Origin: Rhizophagus irregularis
Taxonomy: Eukaryota
DNA: 64,000 nt
Assembly: GCF_026210795.1 (NCBI RefSeq)
Contig: NC_089430.1
Location: 4,030,001-4,094,000, forward strand
Direction of reading: 5' to 3'
In this document: one piece after another, positions 52,418-64,000 of the stretch
How the letters are laid out: the number at the start of each line of letters is the position of its first letter
Position numbering within the stretch: position 1 is the first letter of the stretch
Made by a program: the position numbers and the translations under genes
The notes under the pieces: generated by a model
Told to the model about the DNA's origin: nothing
What the model saw: only the letters and a program-made list of their open reading frames with translations
Database searches by the model: none

Positions 52418-53523
52418 CAGTCAACTCCCTCTATAGTCACTCCCGTTATAGTCACATTCTACTATATAGTCACACCAGTTGAATGTTCAAAACACTTTAT
52501 TATTAAAAACTATCCTATATAGTCACAATCTATCTATAGTCACTATCACACCTATCCTCAAAAATCTTATATTAAAAAGAACCGTTTATAATCACAGTTA
52601 TATAAAGAATATATTAAATAACTTGGCATCTAATAATCGTACAAAGATGTATCATAGCTTGTTAGAATCGTCTCACTGAGATGAATCGAATGGTGGTAGT
52701 TTTATCCTTTTGCGATCACTGGCTGACGAGTTATTCAACAAAATGTTAAGCATCGGCATTATTATATTTCTTGATTTACGTTTACTGCGCCATTTAACAT
52801 TTTGCTAAATTTCTCAGTACCTAGTGATTGTAAAAAGACGATTAATAGCTCGTTGGAATCGCCTCATCAAGACGAATCGAATGGTGGTAAGCTCATCTCT
52901 CTGTGATCAATATTGACGGAGTTACTACTTAAAAACCATTTAATATTTTTTAATTTCGGAAAATGATCTAGTGATTGGATTTCGATTTATTTTATACCAT
53001 TAGATTCGTCGCTTTAAGACGAATCGAATGGTAGTAAGATTGTCTCTCTAGGATCAATATTGGCAGAGTTATTACACAAAAATCATTAATATTTTTTAAT
53101 TTCGGAAATTAATCTAGTGATTGGATTTCGATGTATTTTATACCATTAGAACCGTCTCATCAAGACGAATCGAATGGCGGTAAGATCGTCTCTCTAGGAT
53201 CAATATTGGCAGAGTTATTACACAAAAACCATTAATATTTTTTTAATTTCGGAAATTAATCTAGTGATTGGATTTCGATGTATTTTATACCATTAGAACC
53301 GTCTCATCAAGACGAATCGAATGGCGGTAAGATCATCTCTCTACGATAATATTGGCGGAGTTACGATACAATAAAGTTTTGAATATAATTTTGGCTAAAA
53401 TTATATTAATTTTTGGCCGGAATTATGATATACTAATATAAGAAATTTTTTATATAGTCACATCTCTTTATAATCACCAAATATGGACTGTCCCAAATGT
53501 GTGACTATAAAGAGAGTTGACTG
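52418..53523. mobile_element. MITE P copy 3 (empty, CpG-rich, inverted)
   Basis: Same TIR; TA TSD; one extra ~140-bp internal unit. Confidence 0.93.
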
Positions 53524-54144
53524 TATCTGATATGATAACATCAAGTGGAATAGTGTCAGAATGGCAGAATTGATTCTATAAAAAATTTTACTGTTATTTC
53601 TGTAAAAATGAATCTTTTACAGATCTATTCATGGAAAATATAAATAATTTGGTAAATTCCATGATATAAGGTAAAATCAAAAAATTGGAACAAACGTTCT
53701 GATAAATTTTTGCATAACAGATATGCAATTAAAGTTTTGAAGTCGAAACTTTGGGATTCTAGTATCCAAATCAGAACCGATTTCCCTAAAAAAAAAAGAA
53801 AAAAAACGTTATTTAAAGAACGTTTTTTTTTAAAAAAGTTTCAAGTTTTGAAGTTTCATAACGTTGGTAACGAAATTTCGAAACATTGGGATTCCGGTAT
53901 TCAAATCGGAACCATTTCCCTACAAAAAAAAAAAAATGTTAAAATAACATTTTTTTTTAATAGTTTCGAAAAAATTATTCAAAACTAACCTATGGGATTC
54001 GGTATCCAAGTCGGAACCGATTCCCTACAAAAGAAATAAAAAAACATTAAAATAACATTTTTTTTAAAAAAACATTTCGAAGTTTCAAAGAAAGAGAAAC
54101 TTTGAAACTTTGGGATTTTGGTTTCCAACTTCAGAACTGATTTC

Positions 54145-54932
54145 TAGTGCTCTGAATGATACGAGTTGACCCGGGTTAATTTGACCCGACTCAACTTTTA
54201 AATCAGGTCGATACTAACGATTTTTAATGACCTGTGACCCGCATGACCCGCATGACCCAACCCACCGGGTCGGGTTATAAATTTCCTTGACCCGGGTTTG
54301 ACCCGAGTTTGATCCGGATCGACCCGGATGTTTTTAATTCTGGCAAAATTATAATTTTGGCTAAAATTAAGCCAAGTATTAGTTTTAACAAATATTAACA
54401 TAGCTTAATCAGAAAAATAAAAAAATTAGCATTTGGCTTTTGAGAATAATATTTTTCTGATAGCTTTAGAATTCCAATTTATCTTTGATTTGAATATCTG
54501 CTAATTATTTTGCCTAACTCTTTGACTTTTATTATATTAAACCAGGTTCAAAATTCGTATTTTTAATTTTATTTTAGATAATTTAGTCTAGGAGAAAAAT
54601 AAGAGCTAGTATTACATGTTTTGTATAACCATTCATGATACAAATTTCAGGTGGCTACTAGTGGTTAATCACTAAGTTGCCTTTTTTTCAAATAAAAGGA
54701 AATTAATTTTGTTATTATTAGAAGAAAATCTCACATAATATAAGTTAGTACCCATTTTACTTAAATGTTCGGGTCTAACCTGGGTTACATGAGTTAAATT
54801 ATACTCGGTCGAGTCAAGGGTCGGGTTACAAAAATATGAGACCCGAATAAATACGAGTCTTATATTTTTTTATTCAGATCGGGTCGAATATTTCCTCAAA
54901 ACCCGACCCGACTTGACCTGGTAGGAGCACTA
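54145..54932. mobile_element. hAT-type non-autonomous element
   Basis: TIR tagtgctc/gagcacta; TSD ctgatttc/ctgatttt; gacccg subterminal repeats. Confidence 0.88.
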
Positions 54933-57900
54933 CTGATTTTCCTATAATAAAATAAAAAAAGAAAAGTTTCGAATTGAAACTTTCTTTTTGGGATCGGTTT
55001 CCAACTTCGGAACCGTTTCCCTACAATAAAATAAAAAAGAAAAACGTTTTTAACGTTTTTTTAATAGTTTCGAAAATTTTTTTTCAAAACTAACCTATGG
55101 GATTCGTTATAACTGATTCCCTATAATTAAAAAGGAGTTTCGAAATTTTTTTTTGAAACTTACCTATGGGATTCGCTATAACCGATTCCCTATAAATTGA
55201 ATAATAAAAAAAATGTTAAAAACGTTTTTTTAATAGTTTCAAAAAATTATTTTTTAAAACTTACCTATGGGATTCGTTATAACCGATTCCCTATAATTGA
55301 ATAATAAAAAAAAGGAGTTTTGAAATTTTTTTTTCGAAACTCACCTATGGGATTCGTTATAACCGATTCCCTATAATTTTAATAGTTTCGAAAAAATTTC
55401 TTCAGAACTGATTCTCTACAATAAAATTTTAAAAAAAAATGTCAAAAATCATTTTTTAATAGCTTCAAATAAATGATTTTTTCAGTTTAATAAAGTTTCG
55501 AAAGTAAAATGTTTAAAACTTTTGTGGAATTCCGGTATCCAAATCGGAACTAATTTTTTAAAAAAAAAAATTTTTTTAAAAGTTTCAAAAGTAAATGTTT
55601 GAAAAAAAATGTTAAAGATAGTATGAAATAGTTTAATTAAGTTTCAAAAGTAAATGTTCGAAAAAAATGTTAGTGTAAATTTCAATAATATAAAATAGTT
55701 TAATTTTAGTTAATGAAAAATAGTTTATCAATAGTCTAATTGAAACAATAGAAATCAATCGGTAAATTTAAACTGAACAATAGTTATCAATCGGGTATTA
55801 CCCTGATTGATACCCAATTGAAGTGTACACCAATTTCTAACTATTGAATAAATCAGGTGACCGATCAAAAAAAAAGTTACCAATTGGGTAGGTACCCGAT
55901 TGGTCAGCGTTTTACCTGTGAAAAATAAAAATGTATCATTTATATTTTATTTAATTTTTTATTAACTATTAATCCTAGAGATGCGATTTTACTATCATTA
56001 GATTCGTCTTGTTGAGACAATTCCAATGAGCTATATTTCATTCTTTTCTAATCACTGGATTAAAAGTTAGCAAACTGCCTGATTGGTGATGGTATTTAGC
56101 GAAAATGCCAATCAGTCACCAATCGGTCACCAATCAGATACCTGATTGGTGACTGATTGATGACTGATTGATGCCTGATTTTTCACTTTTCGACCTATGC
56201 AAACCATTTATATTATTAAAATGTTGATTAATATCAGTTTCATTTGCATTATTAATATCTAATGTAGGTTCAATAGATGGTGGATTATTATGAAGACATT
56301 GGCCATATGTAATTTCAGCTCTTAATTTACTCATTTGGAGAGCTTTAGATGACTATATATTAAAAAATTAATGTTAGAATATATATGTTTTTAACAAAAT
56401 ATGAATATAAATATACCATTAATCTATTACGCCAATTTGTTTGTAAAAACCCCATGCAGTTCCAAAGCCTTTTTATAGAAGCTGCATTTACGTATATACC
56501 AAAAATTCTATAAGCTACAAAACCCAATTCATTTGTAGAAACACTAATATAGTACTAATAATGCCAAATATCATTATTAAATTGTCTATAAGATTCAAGA
56601 TCAAATGGATATTTAGCTAGCCAGAAATCATCAAACTCACGGAGTATACATTTTGGTTCTTTTCCAGACTATGCACGATAATAATACATTAGCCACTTTC
56701 CAAATGCTGAATAATTGACACTAGAAATTGTATTATTAAATTGATTCATTCGGTACTTAGAATGTAATAAATAAGATAGTAAAAGGAGGGGTTATTCCCA
56801 ATCTTTCCAATGTTTTTCCAATCGTCCAATAATTCGTTTAGCAAGTGTATCATCTGAATAATTCAACTAAAATTGAACCAAATAATTCATACTATGTACT
56901 ACCTGAAATAAACGCACCTTATCACATTGTAGTAAATTAAGCAATTTGCAATATGAATCAAGAATTTCATTAATAAGCGTAATTTGATCCCAAAATGTAG
57001 AAGAGTCAATAATCTCAAATATTTCACATGGTAAAGTTGGTGTTTCTCCTTGCTGACGACGTATTTTAACAATTGGTGGTTTGAAATTGATAGCTAGAAT
57101 CTAATAAAAAAAATTAGAATTAAGTTTATATTTATTGCTAATTTTTAATAAATGATTAAATTATTTAAATATGCTTACTTGTAATTCTTGTTGAATTTTT
57201 AAAAGACTAACACATATATTATAAAGACTATTCTATCATGTCTCTCCTAGAACAGATATTGCAATATGTTTTTTATATGTTTCATATTACTAATTTCATA
57301 AATATCCAATAAAGAATTTATAATTTGAATTGTTAGAATAAATAGCAAGCCGGATACCACAATCAACAGTAATCTTAAATTCAGTAGATTCTTTGAAAAT
57401 TTCGCTCACACAAAGGTTAATCTGATGGGCAAAACATGGTAAAAATATTATTAACCTATTTGAAATTCTCATCCGGTGTCTTATATAATATAATATAAAA
57501 GATATGTAAATCTTTAAATATTTAAATAAATTAAATCAAATAATAAAAAAATACAATACCGAGCTGCAGCATATGCAGATGCACTATCAGTAACTATAGC
57601 GCAAACAGTAATTTCTTTATTTTTTAACTCAGTAAGTATTGCTTCAGTTTTATTTATTACTGCAGTATTATTTTCGTGTTCAGATGTGATATCAACTATT
57701 TTCCAAACATAAGGCTTTCCTTCAGAAGATAATATAACTGTTCCTAACAATTGCTCATTCTTTACATTGGTCTATCCATCAAAAGTTAAAGTCACACCAA
57801 CAGGATCTTCTTTAAGTGCGATTTCCATAGCTTTATCTGCATCAGCTACAACTTGTTTTAAAATATCACCCCAAAAATATAGCGATCAGGTAGTTTAAGA

Positions 57901-59089
57901 AAAGGATTTAAAAAATCGAACAACTCCTTAGCTTTAGGATTATTTACCTATGATAATGCCCATCCACAGGAAACTGTAAGTCGAAGTAGTAACATGTTAA
58001 ACTTTTTTAAATCTTCTTTAGATAAGGATCGCACAATATAATTATCCATAGGCCCATAACATGATGAACGGTTAATCACTGCTACTTTATGAAAAGAACT
58101 TGATGCCAGAAAAGCTTGAGAGGATACGATGTAAAGTCTGGAATTAAAATAAATATTATTTAATAATGAATAATATACTATTAAATTTTTTAAAATATTT
58201 ACATGTTCTCTTTTGAGGAATTATATTCGTAATAACATTATTGTTATTAATTTGTAATAATTCAAATATTTCTTTTCGTTGCTCTTTATTTGTTTGGGCA
58301 AAAAATTAGTACATTTCTTAAAATGTTGAATTATTCGATCTTTTTTATTTGAAACCCATATTTTTTGCCCTTCCTTCTCTTCCAACTCTTCTATATAAGG
58401 TTTACAAAAAGTTTTGAGATTGCTTTTGTTAACTTTAATATCAGTTCTAATAATATATGAAGCTAACAAAGAAGGAAGCGGTGGCATAATGAAAATTTTT
58501 TATGAAAATTTTTATTGTGGCTTAGATACGGACATCCTGAACTGGCCGGACATATAAAATTGTTCTGGACAATTTGGAAATATGCTTGGACACTGTCCAT
58601 ATAACAAGTGATGATTGGAACATTTTCTGGGATATGGATAACGGACACGGGACACAGACATTGTTGTCTTAAGTAAAATGCTGCAGCAGTATTCATATGC
58701 AATACTGCTATATAGTAAAATGCGATTATAATAGGAATGACTATAGAGGGGAGTTGACTGTATCTTCAGTCTTACTTGTTCTAGGCAATATGACTCTTCA
58801 AATTATTTTATATTCAAAAATCTCACAAAAATTAGAGATATGAAAATAAAGCTAAAAAAGTAAAATATAAAAATTAAATATCCCTGAAGGGTTTTTGTTA
58901 TCAAGATAAAACTTGAAGTTTATATATATATAAGTGTATTTAATAAAAGAAAAAATAATAAAGAAATAAAAAAAAAAATATTTTCTTTTTGTTAATATAA
59001 ATAAATGTTAGTGAAAGAATTCCTTCTATATATCTATTATCTAATTATAAATATAAGTAATTTAATTATTCTTATATATAATTACTATA

Positions 59090-59235
59090 ATGCAATTATC
59101 TTGACTTCTAGTGATCTAATTTTAACAAACTTTTTTTTTAATTTATAGCTCTCATTTAGTTCTATAAATCTAGCTTTACAAAACAAAAAAAAGTTTGTTC
59201 AAATTAAATCACTAAAAGCTAAAATAATTGTATTT
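59090..59235. mobile_element. Small foldback element; half-copy at about 41125-41185
   Basis: Inverted arms aacaaacttttttt / aaaaaaagtttgtt. Confidence 0.6.
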
Positions 59236-59296
59236 ATATTATAATAATTATTATAATACAAATAACTTACCAGTCCATTATTTTTTATGTTATATG

Positions 59297-59524
59297 TAAG
59301 GATGCTTGCCAAAACTATTTTTTCAAAATTTTAGTTTAATCAAATTTCAATCTGAAACTATTTTTTATAAATAAACTTAACTGCTGAAACTATTTTTATG
59401 CTTTTCTGAAACTAATTATAATTTAGAAAAGTTTTGGATTTACCAATTTTTTCATTAAAAATAAAGTTTTTAAGTTTCAGATTTTTGAATTTTATTATTA
59501 AATGAGTTTCAGACAGCAATATTA
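59297..59524. mobile_element. hAT-type MITE (degenerate)
   Basis: taaggatgct ... agcaatatta; 8-bp TSD gttatatg. Confidence 0.8.
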
Positions 59525-61119
59525 GTTATATGTGTAAATCTTGTAGTATAGTAGGACTTTTTAAAGTAATAAGAAATGAAAATAATTTAAAATAATCAGA
59601 TTATTTTCAATTTGTTTTACATATATATAATGCTATAATATAATAGATTTTTTAGCATTTTAAGTATATAAAAAGTGATTAAACACTAAAATGCAATATT
59701 TTATATACTAAGTAATAAAAACTGTTGTAATGTCTGAAGCACTTATTTAATGTACGTATCAAATCAAAATGTAATGTTTATATAATATATAACACTAATT
59801 CTATAATTTTTAGATAGTTTTTTTTTGCAAAAAATTTAACAATCTTTTTGAGGAAAAAAGCTTAATTTATTACTAAAATTTTAATAAAAAATATTAATTA
59901 CATGTTAGATGTGTTACCAAAAATTTGATCATATGATAATAATCAATATATGATCATTATGATTGGTTATAAATCATATGTGCAGATAGATATATCTTGC
60001 ATTACAATGTGTCTAATCAAATATGTCCTTAATTACACTTCAGACAAATCAATATTCATTGAATACAATTGGTCAATAAACAATGCATACATAAAGTATT
60101 TTTCAATATAATAAGTGGTTTATTAGTTATAATATTATACTTGTAATTTTTGTTATCTTGTAAACTTTTAATTTAATAAATTGGCATAAAAAAAAAAAGA
60201 ACAAAAACATGTATTTTTTTAATAATTTTATTAAAGTATAATGTAAATCATGTTTCAATAAAATTCATTGAAGGTAAATATTATATATAAATAGTATTTA
60301 TAAATTTGTAAATTATTTTATATTAATTTATCTGGTTTATATTTTAATATAATATATTAAAAAATAAATAGAATTTACTTATATTTTATTTTTTTTTTTA
60401 ATGTATATATCTGCCAGTTAAATAGGTAATGAATCCTATAATAGGTTTTATAGAAATAAAATCTGATTAATAAAAGTTAATACAAATATATTAAATTAAA
60501 TAAAAATAAATAAATATATTGTATATAATATTATATATGTATTTATTGCTATTGCCAAATTACAGTAATATATTTGTATTTACTAATTATATTTATGAAA
60601 ACAAATATTAATATATTAATTTACAATAATCACGATATATTATATACAAATGCTTAAATTAAAATGCTTATTATTATAACTTTCAATCTTATCCTAACTA
60701 CATTTAAATTTTCTTTTTTTTTTACAAATTTACAAAGTGAACTACTGTTTTTAATTAAGATATATATTTTTTTATGGTATAAAATCTATGAAATTATGTG
60801 CAAAGATCTAATTATAACTGGCTTTACAATAAAAATGGTACAGATACCAAGGAGTATTAAATGAATTAAGAAACACAAAATATTATTCAATAGCCCAATC
60901 TACAAAGAAGCAAAAGAAGAAATTAAAGATATTAAAACGAATAGATTACAAAAAAAGGGTTATAATGGAAAATAGTCAGAATAAAAAGTTCTTTCAAAGT
61001 AAAAAGGAAGAGATAGTAAATAACGCTTATATTAAATAATTTTGAAAAAGAATCTTTCAAAAAAAAGTCAAACAAAAAGAAATTATACAACCCAATATAA
61101 AAAGGATGAGTGAAAGGAT

Positions 61120-62556
61120 TTAATTCGTAGTGACTACGTTGTCTGAAAGGTTAACAAGGAGTTGCGCTAAACAACGTTTGGTGACCACATCATCTTTCAA
61201 GACCTGCGAAAATGTAGCATCTCGTAGTGGTTCTGGCAACCATTGTCGAAGAGCTTCTCGTGCTCTAAAATCAAAAAATATATTATATATATATATAGCC
61301 CTAGATATTTGCTTGACTTAACAAAATTCAAACCTTGGATTATCAGAGAGGCGAAGATAGCACCTAACGACATGCTTCAGCAAACGAACCGCTTGTGTCT
61401 CAACAAGTTGGCTAACCATATTGCTCAAAACAGTTCCTACAGCATAAAAACGTTCATAAGTGGCACAGATATAGGCCAACCCCATTTCATCCAGCAAAAT
61501 CTTCTGAACGATAAAAATAGCAACCTAAACAAAGAAATAAAGATTAATTTATTATTAAATACAATTAAAATAAATTTAAATCTTAATAAGAATACCGTCT
61601 TGGATAGTTCACTTCCGGTTTCCATTATACGTAAACATAGAGGTATAATTTCAGTTGACAACAAGAATGAGATTACTTCGGGATTATCGTTCTATAATAT
61701 ATAATGAAAGATAAATAAAATTTTTTGAGGCTAAATTATGAAAATCTAAATTTATGAACCTTTACAAGAGCACCTATGACACCTAGACTTGTTAATCTAA
61801 GATATTCAAATGGTCTCGTCTTGCTCGTTGTATTGAGAAAAGGGTACAAGAATAAAGGAATGTGAGCTGAAGGAAATTTTATTGTAAATTAGTAAAAAAC
61901 TTTATAATAAAAGGGATAAAACTATCATAAATTTTAACAAACCATTTAAAAATAATCCTCGGGTTTCACTATGACTTGCTACACATTGTAATAATGCCAA
62001 AGCATTACAAACACGGTTGGATATCTGGCCTGTAAGTTGAGGAGGCACAAGAAGTGGATAAACTGATACAATTTCCTGTAACAATGCCGCCATAACACCT
62101 ATGTTTATATATTAAATGATTTTAGATATAAGATAATTAATAATCCATATTTTGTATTTTGCAATAAATTCATCCATGACAAGATATAAAGAAAATCATA
62201 CCAAAAGAATGCCATAATATCAACGCCAAATCATCATATTGTTCCCGCTTTTTACTCAACTCTACAAGAGCTTGTTCTCTGTTCGCAGGATTTGTTAGCT
62301 CAGTAATTAAAGAATAAATCTTTTCTTCTTCAAAATGCGGCATTTTATGTTGGTGTTGCATCGGCAAAGACAACGGAGTTCCTGCTCCGGCTCCCCAAGG
62401 ATCGTTACCCATATGTAAACCATGGAGATTTGATACGGAAACGTGTAATTGCGAAGCTAGGTTATTAGCCCCTCCAACATTCAATGGATTCGGAGTTGCT
62501 AAAGCCGATGCTGAAGCAAAATAGGGATTAGTGTGATGTGGGGCGAGAGAATGCAT
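61120..62556 (-). CDS. CAF40: CCR4-NOT subunit CAF40/Rcd1/CNOT9, multi-exon
   Basis: [80 protein letters not shown] introns. Confidence 0.96.
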
Positions 62557-64000
62557 TTTTTGGTTAGAGTTTTCTTGTTAAATCTCTTTATAATAACGAA
62601 GTGTATTTGAAGGTTTAGACTTTGACTTTTATAACAAATAGAAAAGAAAATTAGGCTGTTGATATTAATTTAGAGAGAGAGTTTTGGGATAATTTTTTTA
62701 ATCACAAACAGGTTTTGGTCGAGAATTAAAATTATGTCACATGATCTTTGTATTTGTTTGTTACGTCATCATACCTGCACATGACTAAACAATTTATGAG
62801 GACTCCGGAGTCCGGACTCCGGATAATTAATTAAAAATCTAAATCTAAGGAAATATACATAGTTTAGTTATTTATATATGCTTAATATATATTACAAATA
62901 TCCTTTTTTTAGCAAATAGATCCAAAACTTTATTTCATATTAAGTATTTAAATTTATATAGCATTATAAATTGACTTTATAGCAAAAAAAATTATATATT
63001 GTAAATATTACAAATAAAGGATTTTTTAGCAGTATTGTTAATTGTTAATTTTAACTAATAGAGAAAAAGTCCTGAAAGGAAAATTAAAGTAATAGAAAAG
63101 ATACCAGATATTTAAAATATAATAAATATTAGGAAATGGAATTGTAAAAAGAATTCTATTTTTTTTTTATAATTGCAATGCATTTGAAAGTTTATTAAAA
63201 TTAAGTTCTAACCTAAATATATATAAGTAATAATGTAATAAACTAGATAATAAATTCTAATATTATTAACTACCAAACCATTCATTATACTTAAAGGCTA
63301 AAGGCATCTTACATGTGTATTGTATGTTAGGTAGATAAGTTTTACTCAAAAGTAGAATTTATGTAAAATAGCCTATTCTTAATATATAATACCCTTCTTT
63401 ACAAAGTATTTACAGAACCTACTACACCATAGCATTTTGTAATTATTTCTGTAAATCAAAAAGTTAAAAATCCATCTAGATCATCCTATCATTTTACTTG
63501 CTTTCCAATGCAATTAGTATTGTTCAAGCAAATACCTTAATCAGATAATAGGATTTAAGTTTAGCATATATAAAAAATAAGATCTAGACTGATTAGCTGC
63601 AAAAGTAGTTGCCTCTACTTTTTTCATTTCATAGATATATGAAAAAAAAGTGATTTTATTTATGATAAAGAAGTTGGATAGTACTAATAAATTCCATTTT
63701 ATCCATTATCAGATATCCTTCTATATGCATTATTTCTTTTATATATCATATTTTTCTTCAAATTATATATCAGCTAATTGGAAAAATTGGGCCTTAGTTG
63801 TTTTCCTAAACTATTAATATTATGTAATCTGATTCTCTAAAAACTCAAAAAAAAATTTTTTTATATGTTTAAGCCCTTTTTTATTTATGTAGAATCATGT
63901 CTAACCCTTTTTTTATTATATATATTATTATGTAAATCACATCTAACTCATTGTCCTTCTTTCTAACTTATTGTTCCAAATACTATAATCTGTCAAAATA

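Larger units (their letters stand above)
51144..55920 (-). mobile_element. Non-autonomous CACTA element with micro-exon-like arrays
   Basis: Ends cactagtc / cctgtg (imperfect); 3-bp TSD aaa; host MITE contiguous after removal. Confidence 0.75.
50886..56196. mobile_element. Foldback MITE with 2-bp AT TSD, containing a CACTA insertion
   Basis: TIR aggtcgaaaagtgaaaaat(t/c)aggca; removal with one AT restores the hAT frame NGLHLVLEN. Confidence 0.85.
50565..58487 (-). pseudogene. hAT transposase pseudogene (main part 56199-58487; C-terminus 50565-50883)
   Basis: LTFDG, VTDSASAYAAAR, PCFAHQINL; C-terminal HPANDTSTKWDL; many stops. Confidence 0.85.
50329..58707 (-). mobile_element. Full-length decayed hAT element
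   Basis: TIR cagtgttg/caatactg; TSD ctatata (7 of 8); ggacac/ggacag subterminal repeats. Confidence 0.85.
48393..58760. mobile_element. MITE P copy 2, expanded to 10.4 kb by nested insertions
   Basis: cagtcaactc at 48393 and gagttgactg at 58760; TA TSD; host sequence is contiguous once the inserts are removed. Confidence 0.88.

Noticed and set aside
61130..61704. Plus-strand ORFs overlapping CAF40, and plus-strand ORFs 35640-35825 and 36621-36923
   Set aside because: Antisense shadows of real minus-strand coding sequence
63200..63850. Possible decayed minus-strand gene or TE fragment
   Set aside because: No recognisable motif; needs a translated search

Overview
A very AT-rich eukaryotic window with short GT-AG introns and dense transposon content. 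It is most consistent with an arbuscular mycorrhizal fungus (Glomeromycotina, Rhizophagus-like); this is inferred from composition, intron style and TE types. There are three intact host genes: a B-type cyclin (14823-16281, +), a GNL1-like circularly permuted GTPase (16466-19422, +) and CAF40/RCD1/CNOT9 (61120-62556, -). The rest is DNA transposons: a near-complete CACTA/EnSpm element with a transposase and a divergent Arg/Ser-repeat ORF, several non-autonomous CACT(A/G) elements, three hAT transposase pseudogenes, and many MITEs with readable TSDs. Highlights: (1) four different non-autonomous CACTA families carry polarised arrays of micro-exon/intron-like units whose GTAAGT donors and TACTAAC branch points sit in co-varying hairpins; (2) swapped 3-bp TSDs and a split hAT reading frame indicate a 23.6-kb inversion between two inverted element copies, carrying the cyclin and GTPase genes; (3) two unrelated long-TSD insertions, one a 1-kb structured tRNA-headed RNA-like element, sit at the same site of the same MITE family; (4) a five-layer nested TE stack. 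All coordinates were read by eye and may be off by a few bases.
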